Shown here: positions 27,474 to 37,375 of the stretch, piece after piece
Position numbering within the stretch: position 1 is the first letter of the stretch
How the letters are laid out: each line of letters opens with the position of its first letter
From: a virus
Strand: one strand, 5' to 3'
IMG/VR virus record: IMGVR_UViG_3300033182_000538
Span: 102,989-166,988 of that record
DNA length: 64,000 nt
Program-made: the position numbers and the translations under genes
The notes under the pieces: generated by a model
Seen by the model: the letters and a program-made list of their open reading frames with translations, nothing else
Told to the model about the DNA's origin: nothing
The model's database searches: none

Positions 27474-30047
27474 TTAAACTCTAAAACTTCCATCAAATGC
27501 AAATACTTTTTCACTGTCATATTCGTGTATATTATTTCCAAGAACTGTACATCCAACTTGTATATCAATACCCATTGGTAATCCAAAATCAACATCCCAA
27601 GCCGTGTCATCCGAATACGAATATGATAGAGATGTTAGTATCATTGGTGTTTTATTATATAATTTACCGATTGTTAATAAAAGTTCACTATCACTAGCAC
27701 TATTACCCGGAGCACTGTAGCCACCACTTGATTCATATCTTGGCATAGTATATGTAGATAATCTTTCTAATTTTGTGTATAGAGGTTGCATTTCAACTCG
27801 TGATGTTGGATATACTTTAAAATTGAATGTAATATCTCTTTTGAATGAATCGTAAATATACACGGGTTCAGCACGACCACTATACTTAACTTCAGTATAA
27901 TTTGGTGAGAAATTTTCACTTAAACCTGATATTGTTCCTCTGAATTGTAATCTACTACCATCACTACCTAATTGGAAAATTAATGGTACGATATCATCAG
28001 CATCATCAGCATCACCAATTAATTTAGCATTAACTTCATCATAGAATCCTTTAAGGTCATTCTTTTTACTAAAGTCAGCAATTTTTTGTTGGATATTATC
28101 GGGAACAATTCCACCGGGAGTTCCAAATTTAAATTTCTTTTCAATATTCTCATCTTTAAAGTTTTGAGATTTAGCCCTTTCTTGAGAACGTGACCCCAAA
28201 TCATCTCTAAAGTCTCGTGGTACTTTTGTACCAGCCGCTGTTCTACCTTCAGCCACTTCTTTTACTTTACCATATGATATCGCTTGATAATCTTTGATAT
28301 CCGGCCGGTCAGCATCAATACCATCTGATTTTAAAAGTTTAGGTTTTAACTTATTCTTTTCATCGATATCATCTGCTAACTTATCATCTCTAAGAGTTCT
28401 ACCAAATTTTAACTTTTCTTCATCAGTAGTTGGTATTGTACTATTGTATGTATCTTTAAATTCTTTGTCATTAAGAATATCTAATGGGTTGAATAATTGT
28501 TTGTAATTTGATTGGCCTGTATTTTTGTTGCCCGTTACAATATCAGTTTTACCATCAATAATAAATGTATTGTAGTTACGTTTTGTATCAGTTATACCAA
28601 GACCATATAATGAATCAAACCCACCAGGTTGTGATTTCCAATTACCACCAACTTGAGTTTTACGAGCATCTCCCCACAAACTTTTCAACGAATCAGATGG
28701 AATTTGTAATTGAATAGGATTACCTATTTTTAGATAACTCGTAATTTCGTTAATTAATTTAACACCAGCTCTTTCAGGTCTTTCACCCAAATGTTGAGCT
28801 CCAATTGTAGCAAGTAAATTTACAGGTGTCCACGTTGTTTGGTGTTTTTGACTACTCTGCATTCCAACTTGTTTTAGAGACCAAATAATACCACGAGGAG
28901 TCAATAAAAACTCACTAATTCTAAGCACATCTAATGCGGCTCTTGCAGTCGAAGTTAGAGCACCACCTCTAATAAATGAAGTTGACCCTAATCCAAGAGT
29001 TGTAGGTTCACCATTCTTTTTCTGAATACCACTTAGTATAAATGGTTGTTGAATAGTGGACAAACTATGTTTATATGAATCTTTTTTTAGATTAAACTTA
29101 TTATATGTATCTCTTAATATACTATTAGAATAAAATGAACCTAATCCTGAGTCATTATCTAATCTAACATCATATGGAGTGTCTTTGATTGACCCATATA
29201 AAGAGTTAGCACCATCAAATTCCGTTTGTGAAGGGTCTACCCCAACAAATGTAGAATTATTCTTTGGTTGTTGATATGGTGAAAATCCTTTAGCATTATC
29301 ATCCGTAATAAAGTTTACAAATTTAGGGTCTTTAGCTTGTGAATCAAAGTTTGGATTAAATTTGAAATCATTTGGAGTAGTTTCACCCTTTTCTTTATCA
29401 CCTTGATTGAGTCTTGCAACTTCAGTTTCACCCTTGAATTTATCACCTTGATTGAGTCTTGCAACTTCAGTCTCACCTTTAAATTTATCACCTTGATTAA
29501 TTGGTGTAGTTTCAGTCTCACCTAAAAACTTAGATGATAGGTCTGATTTGATTTGTTCAGTCTCACCTAAAAACTTAGATGAAATGTCAAATGTATTTGG
29601 AGTAGTCTCACCCAAGAATTGTTGACTGAATGTGAATTCTCTTGGTTCAGTTTCTCCTAAGAATTGTTGAGTAAATGTAAAATTATTCGGAGTAGTTTCA
29701 CCTTTGAACTTATCACCTTGAGTTGCCTCAGTTGGTGTAGTTTCACCTTTGAACTTATCACCTTGTTTTATTTCTTGTGTTTCAGTCTGACCTAAGAATC
29801 TTTCTTCTAAAGACATTGGTTTTGGTGTAGTTTCACCTTTGAACTTATCACCTTGTTTTACTTCAGTTGGTGTGACACCTAATTTTTCAGGAGTTGGGTT
29901 TGGGGTAGGAGCTTTCTTTCCTTGTACCTTATCTGATAAAGGAGTAGTATTAAATGTAGAAGGTTCAACACGAGGTTTGTCACTTAATGGTTTCGGTTGA
30001 GGTTTTCTAAATTTAGATAAATCCGATTTTAAATCTTTCAATGCCAT
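27474..30047 (-). CDS. Baseplate/tube-initiator-like protein with N-terminal GET repeats
   Basis: C-terminal tube-like domain (FRGTISGLSENFSPNY...GRAEPVYIY...LSYSY...WD), downstream of the tape measure. Confidence 0.6.
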   Translation of the reverse strand: MALKDLKSDLSKFRKPQPKPLSDKPRVEPSTFNTTPLSDKVQGKKAPTPNPTPEKLGVTPTEVKQGDKFKGETTPKPMSLEERFLGQTETQEIKQGDKFKGETTPTEATQGDKFKGETTPNNFTFTQQFLGETEPREFTFSQQFLGETTPNTFDISSKFLGETEQIKSDLSSKFLGETETTPINQGDKFKGETEVARLNQGDKFKGETEVARLNQGDKEKGETTPNDFKFNPNFDSQAKDPKFVNFITDDNAKGFSPYQQPKNNSTFVGVDPSQTEFDGANSLYGSIKDTPYDVRLDNDSGLGSFYSNSILRDTYNKFNLKKDSYKHSLSTIQQPFILSGIQKKNGEPTTLGLGSTSFIRGGALTSTARAALDVLRISEFLLTPRGIIWSLKQVGMQSSQKHQTTWTPVNLLATIGAQHLGERPERAGVKLINEITSYLKIGNPIQLQIPSDSLKSLWGDARKTQVGGNWKSQPGGFDSLYGLGITDTKRNYNTFIIDGKTDIVTGNKNTGQSNYKQLFNPLDILNDKEFKDTYNSTIPTTDEEKLKFGRTLRDDKLADDIDEKNKLKPKLLKSDGIDADRPDIKDYQAISYGKVKEVAEGRTAAGTKVPRDFRDDLGSRSQERAKSQNFKDENIEKKFKFGTPGGIVPDNIQQKIADFSKKNDLKGFYDEVNAKLIGDADDADDIVPLIFQLGSDGSRLQFRGTISGLSENFSPNYTEVKYSGRAEPVYIYDSFKRDITFNFKVYPTSRVEMQPLYTKLERLSTYTMPRYESSGGYSAPGNSASDSELLLTIGKLYNKTPMILTSLSYSYSDDTAWDVDFGLPMGIDIQVGCTVLGNNIHEYDSEKVFAFDGSFRV
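29375..29880 (-). repeat. Intragenic tandem peptide repeats (QGDKFKGETTP / FLGETE)
   Basis: About a dozen 13-15-aa GET[TE] units, including two near-identical 45-bp copies (GETEVARLNQGDK) at about 29395-29490. Confidence 0.85.
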
Positions 30048-30049
30048 TA

Positions 30050-32236
30050 TTATAAGTTCCTACTACTTTTTACCTTTTGTACTCTCGATATCTCACTAAT
30101 AACTTTATTATCAACCACAATCTGAATTGGTTGTGTTTGCATATCTTGTCGTAATCCTCTAATCTCTTCCAACAATGGGTCACTTTCACCACCACCTGCG
30201 GTAGTAGTATCACTTTCAGAATCACCACCAAGACCAAATGCGCTTGCAATTAGTGGTAACATCATACCTAATACGACCAATGTACCTAAGAATGGAGTAA
30301 TTAACGCTAATCCAATTGCTAATGGAATCATAGATAACCCTAACATTGTAAATACAGCAGCCAATGCAATCAGACCAGGAGCAATCATTACCAAACTTGT
30401 TAGTTGTGTGGTCAACTCACCCATCATACCAAATCCAACGGCTATTTCTTGTATAGCCTTTCCTAATACAAACAGCGCTGATGCTATAACTAACATAGCA
30501 GCTGCCCCAGCGAGGATTGCTACAGCACCCACACCTGACATCATAATAGCACCAACTAATGCGAGTGCTCCAACGAGTGCCAACATAGATACAACTGCCA
30601 TTCCAACCGCTTCCCAAGAAACATTCATAAACTCTTGAACTGCTTTAGCGAATACAAACACGGATGCGGCTACAAGTACAAGTGCGGCACCACCTGCGAT
30701 TAGTTTCTTAGCGTCAATCTTTTCGATAGCACCAGTCATACCACTCATACCACCACCTCCACCACCTTTTGGCATAGATGGAGCTTCTGGTTTACCACCA
30801 CCAGGCATTAGATTTCCTAAGCCACTTCCTTTACCTTGCATTTTGTTCATAATGGCCACTTGAGCCACCATCGGTATCAAAGCAGCAAGGGCTTGACCAG
30901 CACCATCTTTTATTGTACCATAAAGTGCCTGTTGTCGCTCTTTGGCCTCTTGTAAGGCCATCAATTCTTCAGGACTAGCTCCAGGATTGGAGGCTTCTAA
31001 CTTAGCAAATTCTTCACGTTGTTGAACCATCTTTGTTAATTCAGATGCTTCTAATCCATACATAGCAGCAGTAGCTTGTTTTTGAGCTTTGGACATTTCT
31101 CCTAACTTATCGGAACTTAGTCCAGCTTCATCGAAGGCTTTTGCCATCATCTCAATACCTTTGGCCTCATCACCAAATCTCATTTCCATAGCCGCACTTC
31201 TGACATCTTGAGCGTGTGCTGCTAAGTCACCCATACCCATCGCTCTGGCTTTCATCTCAGCTTGCATTGAACTTTCAATGTTTAACATATTGTCTGAGAT
31301 ACCTTCCATCATTTTCATAGAAAGACCTTGCTTTTGAAGTTCAGCAGTCTTTTTAGCCAAATTAGCCAATTCTTCTTTTGAAGCGCCGACTAACATATCA
31401 GCCGATTCAGCCATTTCTTTGAATAGTAGATTAGCGTTTACACCTTCTTTGGCGGCTATAGCTCTAATTTCATCAGTCATATCAGCGGCATTGCCAGCTG
31501 CGTCTGAAAATATTCTATCTAATTTTACGGAGTTTGATGCATCACCAGTTAAAGCCGTTAACTCAGCAATATTTTTCTGCATATCAGCAGTTATACCTCT
31601 TGTAGTTCCGAAATATTCACCCGCCTCTTTAGCGGCATTTGCTATACCTTCAGTACCATATAATAATCCTTCAATACTAAATGAAGCGGCAAGAGTTTGA
31701 GCTCCCAACCTACTAGCTTCAGATGCGGAGGCTCCCATATTGATATATAAATCTTTGGCTAATCCAACGGTATTATTTAAAGTGTTGGATAAGAATTCGA
31801 CTGCTTTATTAGCAATAGCCATACCGATACCAAACGCTATACCATTTTTAAGCATATCTTTGGATAGTCCAACTGACCCTAATAACCCATCTTGAAGTTT
31901 ATCACCAAGGTCTGCGATTTCTTGACTTTTGTCTTTTCGGTCTTTTTCTAATTTTAAAAGTTCTTCAGTAGTTTCTAACTCTTCTAATAGTTTTTCTGCT
32001 CGGTCTTCTGTTAGATTGAAGTTACCTTCTAATAAATCTTGTTTAGCTTGTAATACAGTTTGTAGTTTGTCTTCTAAGTCTTTTTGGCCAGCCATAGTTT
32101 GCGCAAGCTCTTTAGCTACCTTACCTTGTTTGGTACGATAGTCTAAGTTTTTTTTGAGTTGTTCAGCTAAATTAGCTTGAAGTACCTCTTCTTGCTTTAA
32201 CGCATTTATTCTTGCTTGAGTGTCTTTGTTGGCCAT
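30050..32236 (-). CDS. Tape measure protein
   Basis: Helical and Ala/Met-rich with a hydrophobic C-terminal region; sits between the tube/chaperone genes and the baseplate genes. Confidence 0.75.
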   Translation of the reverse strand: MANKDTQARINALKQEEVLQANLAEQLKKNLDYRTKQGKVAKELAQTMAGQKDLEDKLQTVLQAKQDLLEGNFNLTEDRAEKLLEELETTEELLKLEKDRKDKSQEIADLGDKLQDGLLGSVGLSKDMLKNGIAFGIGMAIANKAVEFLSNTLNNTVGLAKDLYINMGASASEASRLGAQTLAASFSIEGLLYGTEGIANAAKEAGEYFGTTRGITADMQKNIAELTALTGDASNSVKLDRIFSDAAGNAADMTDEIRAIAAKEGVNANLLFKEMAESADMLVGASKEELANLAKKTAELQKQGLSMKMMEGISDNMLNIESSMQAEMKARAMGMGDLAAHAQDVRSAAMEMRFGDEAKGIEMMAKAFDEAGLSSDKLGEMSKAQKQATAAMYGLEASELTKMVQQREEFAKLEASNPGASPEELMALQEAKERQQALYGTIKDGAGQALAALIPMVAQVAIMNKMQGKGSGLGNLMPGGGKPEAPSMPKGGGGGGMSGMTGAIEKIDAKKLIAGGAALVLVAASVFVFAKAVQEFMNVSWEAVGMAVVSMLALVGALALVGAIMMSGVGAVAILAGAAAMLVIASALFVLGKAIQEIAVGFGMMGELTTQLTSLVMIAPGLIALAAVFTMLGLSMIPLAIGLALITPFLGTLVVLGMMLPLIASAFGLGGDSESDTTTAGGGESDPLLEEIRGLRQDMQTQPIQIVVDNKVISEISRVQKVKSSRNL

Positions 32237-32244
32237 TTAAACCC

Positions 32245-32478
32245 TTACTTTTTCTTAAACGCCTTTAAGTCGCCTAATTTGAAATCTTTACCATATGGCA
32301 CAGGTTCAATATTATATTTTTTCAATATCGCTTGATACTTAGGGTCATTAGTCAACTTATCAAGTTGCTTTTTCTTTATAGCAATCCTGATGGAGTTCAA
32401 AAAGTCTGATACTGCTCCTTCACTCATACCCCTCTTCTGAAGAGATTCAATGATATTTTCAAGTTTGGTGTTTTTCAT
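32245..32478 (-). CDS. Small hypothetical late protein
   Basis: Start moved to ATG 32478, downstream of the late motif at 32494-32501. Confidence 0.55.
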   Translation of the reverse strand: MKNTKLENIIESLQKRGMSEGAVSDFLNSIRIAIKKKQLDKLTNDPKYQAILKKYNIEPVPYGKDFKLGDLKAFKKK

Positions 32479-32504
32479 ACGTTCTCCATATAGTATAAAT
32501 ATGG

Positions 32505-32529
32505 AAAAACCCAACAATTATGTTGGGTC
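32505..32529 (-). terminator. Rho-independent terminator
   Basis: ACCCAACA-taat-TGTTGGGT-TTTT. Confidence 0.7.
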
Positions 32530-32533
32530 TTTC

Positions 32534-32758
32534 TTACTTTCTAACTTTACTACGAATTTTAGCGGCTTCAGCATCGTGAGCCTTCTTTTCTTGTTTCTTG
32601 TATTCTATAATCTTATTGATATAGAATTTTCTAGCCCAAACTGGCATATTATACACATCAGTATGAGTAAACCCACCATTTCCGTGGAAGATTAAATCAA
32701 AGATGTGAGAATGTAAATGTTTTCTATAATCAGGAGTTAGGCCAAAAAAAGGTGACAT
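32534..32758 (-). CDS. Tail/baseplate assembly chaperone, second ORF (gp51/GT-like; possibly reached by frameshift)
   Basis: 'IFDLIFHGNGGFTHTDVYNMPVWARKFYI'. Overlaps the upstream ORF across a T7 run. Confidence 0.6.
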   Translation of the reverse strand: MSPFFGLTPDYRKHLHSHIFDLIFHGNGGFTHTDVYNMPVWARKFYINKIIEYKKQEKKAHDAEAAKIRSKVRK

Positions 32759-33608
32759 CCAACGGTAGTTGCATATCCCTCCCTTCCCCAGTCTCCTCCG
32801 AAATAAATTCCCAAGTTAAATCCATATCAGGAATTACTTCGTTGATATACGCTCGGAGGGCTTTTGAATCTACAGCGAATAATTCATTATCAACGAAATG
32901 ATTAATTACTTTTTGTTCGGTCTCACCATCAACTGAAAGAATCATATTCTTCAACCTCGTAGTAAGTTCTCTTGAAGTATTATCTTTCAATTTACGATTT
33001 GCTTTACTCAATTCTTTAACTTGATGTTTTACTCTTCTTTCTCTACTTTCAGTCATAGCCATAAAAGTAATTTTTCTATTAGAAGTTGGAAGTGTAAATT
33101 CAAACTCATTTTTATGTGGTTCTACTTGATTTGAACCATCGTATTCTTTATTCTCAAACTGAGTAAGGTCAATAGTTTCCTTTTGTCTTACACCTGGTGA
33201 TGTTGGGTCTTCGATTTCTACTTGGTAATCTTTACCATAACCCAAAATTCTAGCAGCAATCATAATTGCGTTTTTGTCACCTGTAACTAAATCCACATAT
33301 TTGATAGGTTTACCTTCACCATTACCAATAATAAGTGATTGGAATAGTCTATCAAGTACAGACCCATCTTTAATGTATGATTGTGTTGTGAGAATATCTT
33401 CCTCTTTAGCGGTCATATACTTCATTTCTACTTTACCACTTGAAAGAGGGTTATCTTGTGAATAAATTAATCCACCTGAGGGTAGTTCTATAACTTCCGT
33501 TGGAAATTTATAGTCTCTGACTTCCTTTTGTTCGAAGTCTTGTTTTGCTTTGTTGACCATTTCTTCATTGGTCATCGGATAATCATCTTGTAACTGTTGT
33601 TTGCTCAT
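32730..33608 (-). CDS. Baseplate hub / tail assembly chaperone (T4 gp26-like)
   Basis: IELPSGG, MTAKEEDIL, GDKNAIMIAARILGYG, FTLP and C-terminal FFWP. Confidence 0.7.
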   Translation of the reverse strand: MSKQQLQDDYPMTNEEMVNKAKQDFEQKEVRDYKFPTEVIELPSGGLIYSQDNPLSSGKVEMKYMTAKEEDILTTQSYIKDGSVLDRLFQSLIIGNGEGKPIKYVDLVTGDKNAIMIAARILGYGKDYQVEIEDPTSPGVRQKETIDLTQFENKEYDGSNQVEPHKNEFEFTLPTSNRKITFMAMTESRERRVKHQVKELSKANRKLKDNTSRELTTRLKNMILSVDGETEQKVINHFVDNELFAVDSKALRAYINEVIPDMDLTWEFISEETGEGRDMQLPLDVTFFWPNS

Positions 33609-33669
33609 AATAAAACCTTTTTATACAACTTGTGTATTAATATATATGTAACTCGCAAATTATTAATAC

Positions 33670-33700
33670 AAAAACCCCCTCACAAAGTGAAGGGGCTTTA
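33670..33700 (-). terminator. Rho-independent terminator
   Basis: GCCCC-TTCAC-ttt-GTGA-GGGGG-TTTTT. Confidence 0.7.
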
Positions 33701-33724
33701 TTTTTTTTAATCTATACTCGTGTA

Positions 33725-34000
33725 TTATGCCCAAGTATATGAACCATCAGACCCATTAAGTACAGTAGTACCTGATTGGAAATCTTCTGGAATAGTGAGT
33801 GAGCCAGTAGCAATAGTTAGAGGTTCTCTTGAACCATAATCCCAACCATTAGCAGGTAGGCCCCATTCAGCGGTTCTTTCAACGATTGAAAAGTGAGTAG
33901 CGCTACCCGAACCATCAGTTGCTACATCCTCAAACGTAAAACCTTCACCAATCCACTCGATTATGTTGGTGGTTTTTTGTCTAACTAAATTGTGTGCCAT
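33725..34000 (-). CDS. Small acidic, probably virion-associated protein in its own transcription unit
   Basis: AGGAG SD, two late motifs upstream and a terminator on each side. Confidence 0.65.
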   Translation of the reverse strand: MAHNLVRQKTTNIIEWIGEGFTFEDVATDGSGSATHFSIVERTAEWGLPANGWDYGSREPLTIATGSLTIPEDFQSGTTVLNGSDGSYTWA

Positions 34001-34049
34001 ATTTTCTCCTTGTTTTGGTTAACCATTTATAAATATGGATATAAATAAT

Positions 34050-34074
34050 AAAAAACCCCCTAAAAAGGGGGTTT
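34050..34074 (-). terminator. Rho-independent terminator after the tail tube gene
   Basis: AAACCCCC-ttttta-GGGGGTTTTTT. Confidence 0.75.
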
Positions 34075-34108
34075 CAAATCTCACTTCACATTTATCACAA
34101 TCCGTATT

Positions 34109-34597
34109 TTAATATTGTAAGATAGCGTAGTCGTAAGTTAATGTCAATTCAACAGTTGCAAGGTCTTCACCAGCGTAGTCCATATCTGAGAAATTAGCTG
34201 ATTGAACGTATGCACCTTTGAGTGTCCACTCTTCTACTTTATCACCAACAGGACCCAAACTGTTGAATGTGATATCTTTCTTATAGAAATCAGAGTATCC
34301 ATCACGACCAGTTACCGATTCGTGGTGTAGTCTTACCCACTCCATTACCGCTTGTGCCGCAGAAGGGACAACAGGGTCGTATAAAGTGATTGATAAATCT
34401 TGCCATTCTGAACGACCTTTTACATATCTTCTTACGTTGATATGGTCAATAGTCACTTTACCATTTTGAATCTCTGGTCTGGCAGCCGTTTTCACTAAGT
34501 ACGCAGGAATACCTTCGATGTACATAATGAACCTATTTGACATTTTAGGTTCAAAGTTAGTGAACATAATTTCATTTGGGTCTAATAATTGTGCCAT
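34109..34597 (-). CDS. Tail tube protein (T4 gp19-like)
   Basis: NRF...WQDLSITLYDP...EWTLKGAY...LTYDY; directly follows the sheath gene. Confidence 0.88.
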   Translation of the reverse strand: MAQLLDPNEIMFTNFEPKMSNRFIMYIEGIPAYLVKTAARPEIQNGKVTIDHINVRRYVKGRSEWQDLSITLYDPVVPSAAQAVMEWVRLHHESVTGRDGYSDFYKKDITFNSLGPVGDKVEEWTLKGAYVQSANFSDMDYAGEDLATVELTLTYDYAILQY

Positions 34598-34644
34598 TTA
34601 TATTCTCCTATTATCTCTTTCTAATAAATAGTCTTTTTTATTTT

Positions 34645-36978
34645 TTATCCTTCAGGAAAAGCTGCGCCAGTTGGAAGTACGTTGAAATCAAGTACAATGA
34701 ACTCAGCAGTTTTAGCTGGTTGGATAAAAATCTCACCTTTTAATATATTTCTATCAATCACATCTGGCGTGTTGTTTGTTTCATCCATAATCACTCTAAA
34801 TGCGTACAAACCTTGTCTTTGTTGTACTGATTCTAAGTAAGGATTAACAATCGACAAGAATCTATTTCTTGTAGCAGCCGTGTTATTTTCAAAGATTAAG
34901 TATCTTGAAGATGATGCGATGAATTTTTTCAATGCAATCAACAATCTTCTTACATTGATTCTATCTAATGCCGATGGTTTAGCTTGAAGTGTTTTCTGAC
35001 CGAATACCGTAGCACCTTGTCCAGGGAACGTAGCGATTGGGTTAATACGACCTTCATACAAGTCATCTCTCTCAGCGTGAGTCAATCTTGTTTTTACTTC
35101 AATTACGTTTGGTAAACCACCTCTATTCAAACCGGCAGGTGCGAACCAAGGTTCAGCAACTGAGTCGTTAAATGCGATAACACCAGGAATTACAACACTT
35201 GGTGGTACCCAGACTGGTTTGTTTTTATCAGTATCTAAAATCTTAGCCCAAGGGTGGTAAGTAGCAACGTAGTTAGAATCAAACGAAGTTAGTGAGTTTT
35301 TCACAGTAGCGATTGAATCTTGGTAGCCACCTGCATCCATTACATAGAATGTATCTTGTCTATCTTCACACATATCTTTAGCGAATGTAGTAACTGAAGA
35401 GTGTAGTCTATTGATTACACCAGGAATTACTAACATATTGATATCAAACTCATCAGGGTTTGAGATAGCGTTGATAGCTTTTCTATAAGCAACAGTACCA
35501 GCAGCGGTAGCCGAAGAACAATCTAAACCTTGTGTGTTACCAGCAACAATATCCGTACCCACGTTGATTACTCTATTTGGCTCCCATCCATCGAATCCAC
35601 CTTGGAATGGTACTAAGAATTTCTTATCATCTACGCCAGAAGTTAATGTGATAGGTGACCCATTTGATTCACAATCAGCCAAGTCGAAATCGTTACCAAC
35701 AGTTTCGGTGTTAGCATCTGGAGTTGGGTATAAGAAGTTTAAGTTATCAGTATTCGTAAAGTCAAAGTTGTAACCTAAGAATACTCTTTTATTGTATGTA
35801 TCGTTCAATGATTGAGATACAGCGTATGTTGGACTTGGTAATGTGTGACCACTATGTAATGGTGAAACTACTGCGCCGAATCCGAATGGAACTAAAGTTG
35901 AATCAACCGAACCATTTTTAACATCATCAGTTACCTCAACTCTAATGTGAGCCGAAGCGTTGTTGTAATCACCATTAGTAGACAACTTACCATTTGCGTC
36001 AACAGTAATATATTTGTCACCAATTACTCTTGAAATAAAGTTTGGTGAGTTAGGGTCTAAGTTAAGACCTGTATACTCTTCTACAATGTTTGGTCTCAAG
36101 TCAGTATCTTGTACACCTTGACCAAAAATTGAGTTAGGAATCTTAGAAGTATCTACTCTTCTTATGATAAGACTGAATGAACCATATTCTGAGCCAGGAA
36201 CATCAGAAGCTGGTTTTACATCTCTAATACCTACTTTGAATTCGTAGTTAGTAGCGTTACCGTGAGATAAAGTATGTACTTTAAATAAGTTAGTAGCATT
36301 ACCACCCACTTTTTGTGATTTAATCCAAGGAGTAGAAGCGTATGAATAAGCTTTTGTGTAATCAGTATCGTATTGTTCAACTGAAACAAGTACTTGTTCG
36401 CCAGTAGCGAAAGATGCTGATTGGAATGTGTTAAAGTTTAAGTATGTATACGCGTCTTTAGAAGATTTAGGAGAGTATCCAAATGTTTTAGTAATGTAAT
36501 TAGCATTTGTTGGATTTAAAGATGCAGATGTGTTTGTCACACTAACATCACTACCTGTTAACGTAAGTACAAATGATGATGCACTTGCAACTGAGTCAAT
36601 TGATGATGAATCAAAATCACCAGTTGTAGAGGTAGTTGTTGGGTGAAGTACAGCAGCTACTTTTTGACCTTGTGATGATGAAATCACTAAAGCCAATGGT
36701 TTAGCCGTATATCCTTCTTGTCCTAATACTCTTACGATATTAGCTGTTCCAGCTTCTTCTAAATAAGATTGAGCGGTATACGGAAGGTATGAATCTTCAG
36801 TAAGACCACCAAACTTTTGTTGGAATTCTTGGAAAGACTCTACTTGAGTTGGTACAAACGCAGGGCCTTTAATACTTTGTCCTATAAGAGCCGCACCAAT
36901 CTCACCAATACCTTGTGGTAAGAATGAGAGGTCTTTTTCTCTTGTAAATACACCTGGACTTACAATTCTTTCTGCCAT
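34645..36978 (-). CDS. Tail sheath protein (T4 gp18-like)
   Basis: SPGVFTREKD, WFAPAGLNRG, LYEGRINPI, FGQKTL, RINVRRL, FENN. Confidence 0.95.
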   Translation of the reverse strand: MAERIVSPGVFTREKDLSFLPQGIGEIGAALIGQSIKGPAFVPTQVESFQEFQQKFGGLTEDSYLPYTAQSYLEEAGTANIVRVLGQEGYTAKPLALVISSSQGQKVAAVLHPTTTSTTGDFDSSSIDSVASASSFVLTLTGSDVSVTNTSASLNPTNANYITKTFGYSPKSSKDAYTYLNFNTFQSASFATGEQVLVSVEQYDTDYTKAYSYASTPWIKSQKVGGNATNLFKVHTLSHGNATNYEFKVGIRDVKPASDVPGSEYGSFSLIIRRVDTSKIPNSIFGQGVQDTDLRPNIVEEYTGLNLDPNSPNFISRVIGDKYITVDANGKLSTNGDYNNASAHIRVEVTDDVKNGSVDSTLVPFGFGAVVSPLHSGHTLPSPTYAVSQSLNDTYNKRVFLGYNFDFTNTDNLNFLYPTPDANTETVGNDFDLADCESNGSPITLTSGVDDKKFLVPFQGGFDGWEPNRVINVGTDIVAGNTQGLDCSSATAAGTVAYRKAINAISNPDEFDINMLVIPGVINRLHSSVTTFAKDMCEDRQDTFYVMDAGGYQDSIATVKNSLTSFDSNYVATYHPWAKILDTDKNKPVWVPPSVVIPGVIAFNDSVAEPWFAPAGLNRGGLPNVIEVKTRLTHAERDDLYEGRINPIATFPGQGATVFGQKTLQAKPSALDRINVRRLLIALKKFIASSSRYLIFENNTAATRNRFLSIVNPYLESVQQRQGLYAFRVIMDETNNTPDVIDRNILKGEIFIQPAKTAEFIVLDFNVLPTGAAFPEG

Positions 36979-37015
36979 TATTTTCTCCTAAATTAAATCT
37001 TTGGGTTTACCTTTA

Positions 37016-37023
37016 TATAAATA
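37016..37023 (-). promoter_or_regulatory. Putative late promoter TATTTATA (representative of about 15 copies)
   Basis: TAYTTATW recurs in intergenic DNA upstream of structural genes; see findings. Confidence 0.6.
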
Positions 37024-37048
37024 CTCCAAAAATTCTCAAAACGACTAT

Positions 37049-37330
37049 TTATTCAGTAGGTGTGAAGGTATTGGTCGTTACATCGTAAGTTCCATCACCA
37101 TATTTCTCTCTTAATTCAGTAGATAATTTAGATTCTTCCAATTTAAGCTCACCATATGAACCTAATAATTGTTCCTTTTCATCTTTAAGTTGTTTGAATC
37201 TATCATCCAACCCTCGGACATCTACTTCTATTTCACCTAATCGTGCTGTGATTGACACAACCTTTGACTGAATACTTAATATTCGTTCTTTTTCTTCGTT
37301 GGTAAACGATTTTACTACTTTTTCTGCCAT
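37049..37330 (-). CDS. Small coiled-coil protein
   Basis: Heptad-rich sequence ending KYGDGTYDVTTNTF. Confidence 0.6.
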   Translation of the reverse strand: MAEKVVKSFTNEEKERILSIQSKVVSITARLGEIEVDVRGLDDRFKQLKDEKEQLLGSYGELKLEESKLSTELREKYGDGTYDVTTNTFTPTE

Positions 37331-37375
37331 AACACTTATTTAATTGTTTGTTTCACTAATATAAATATGAAAAAA

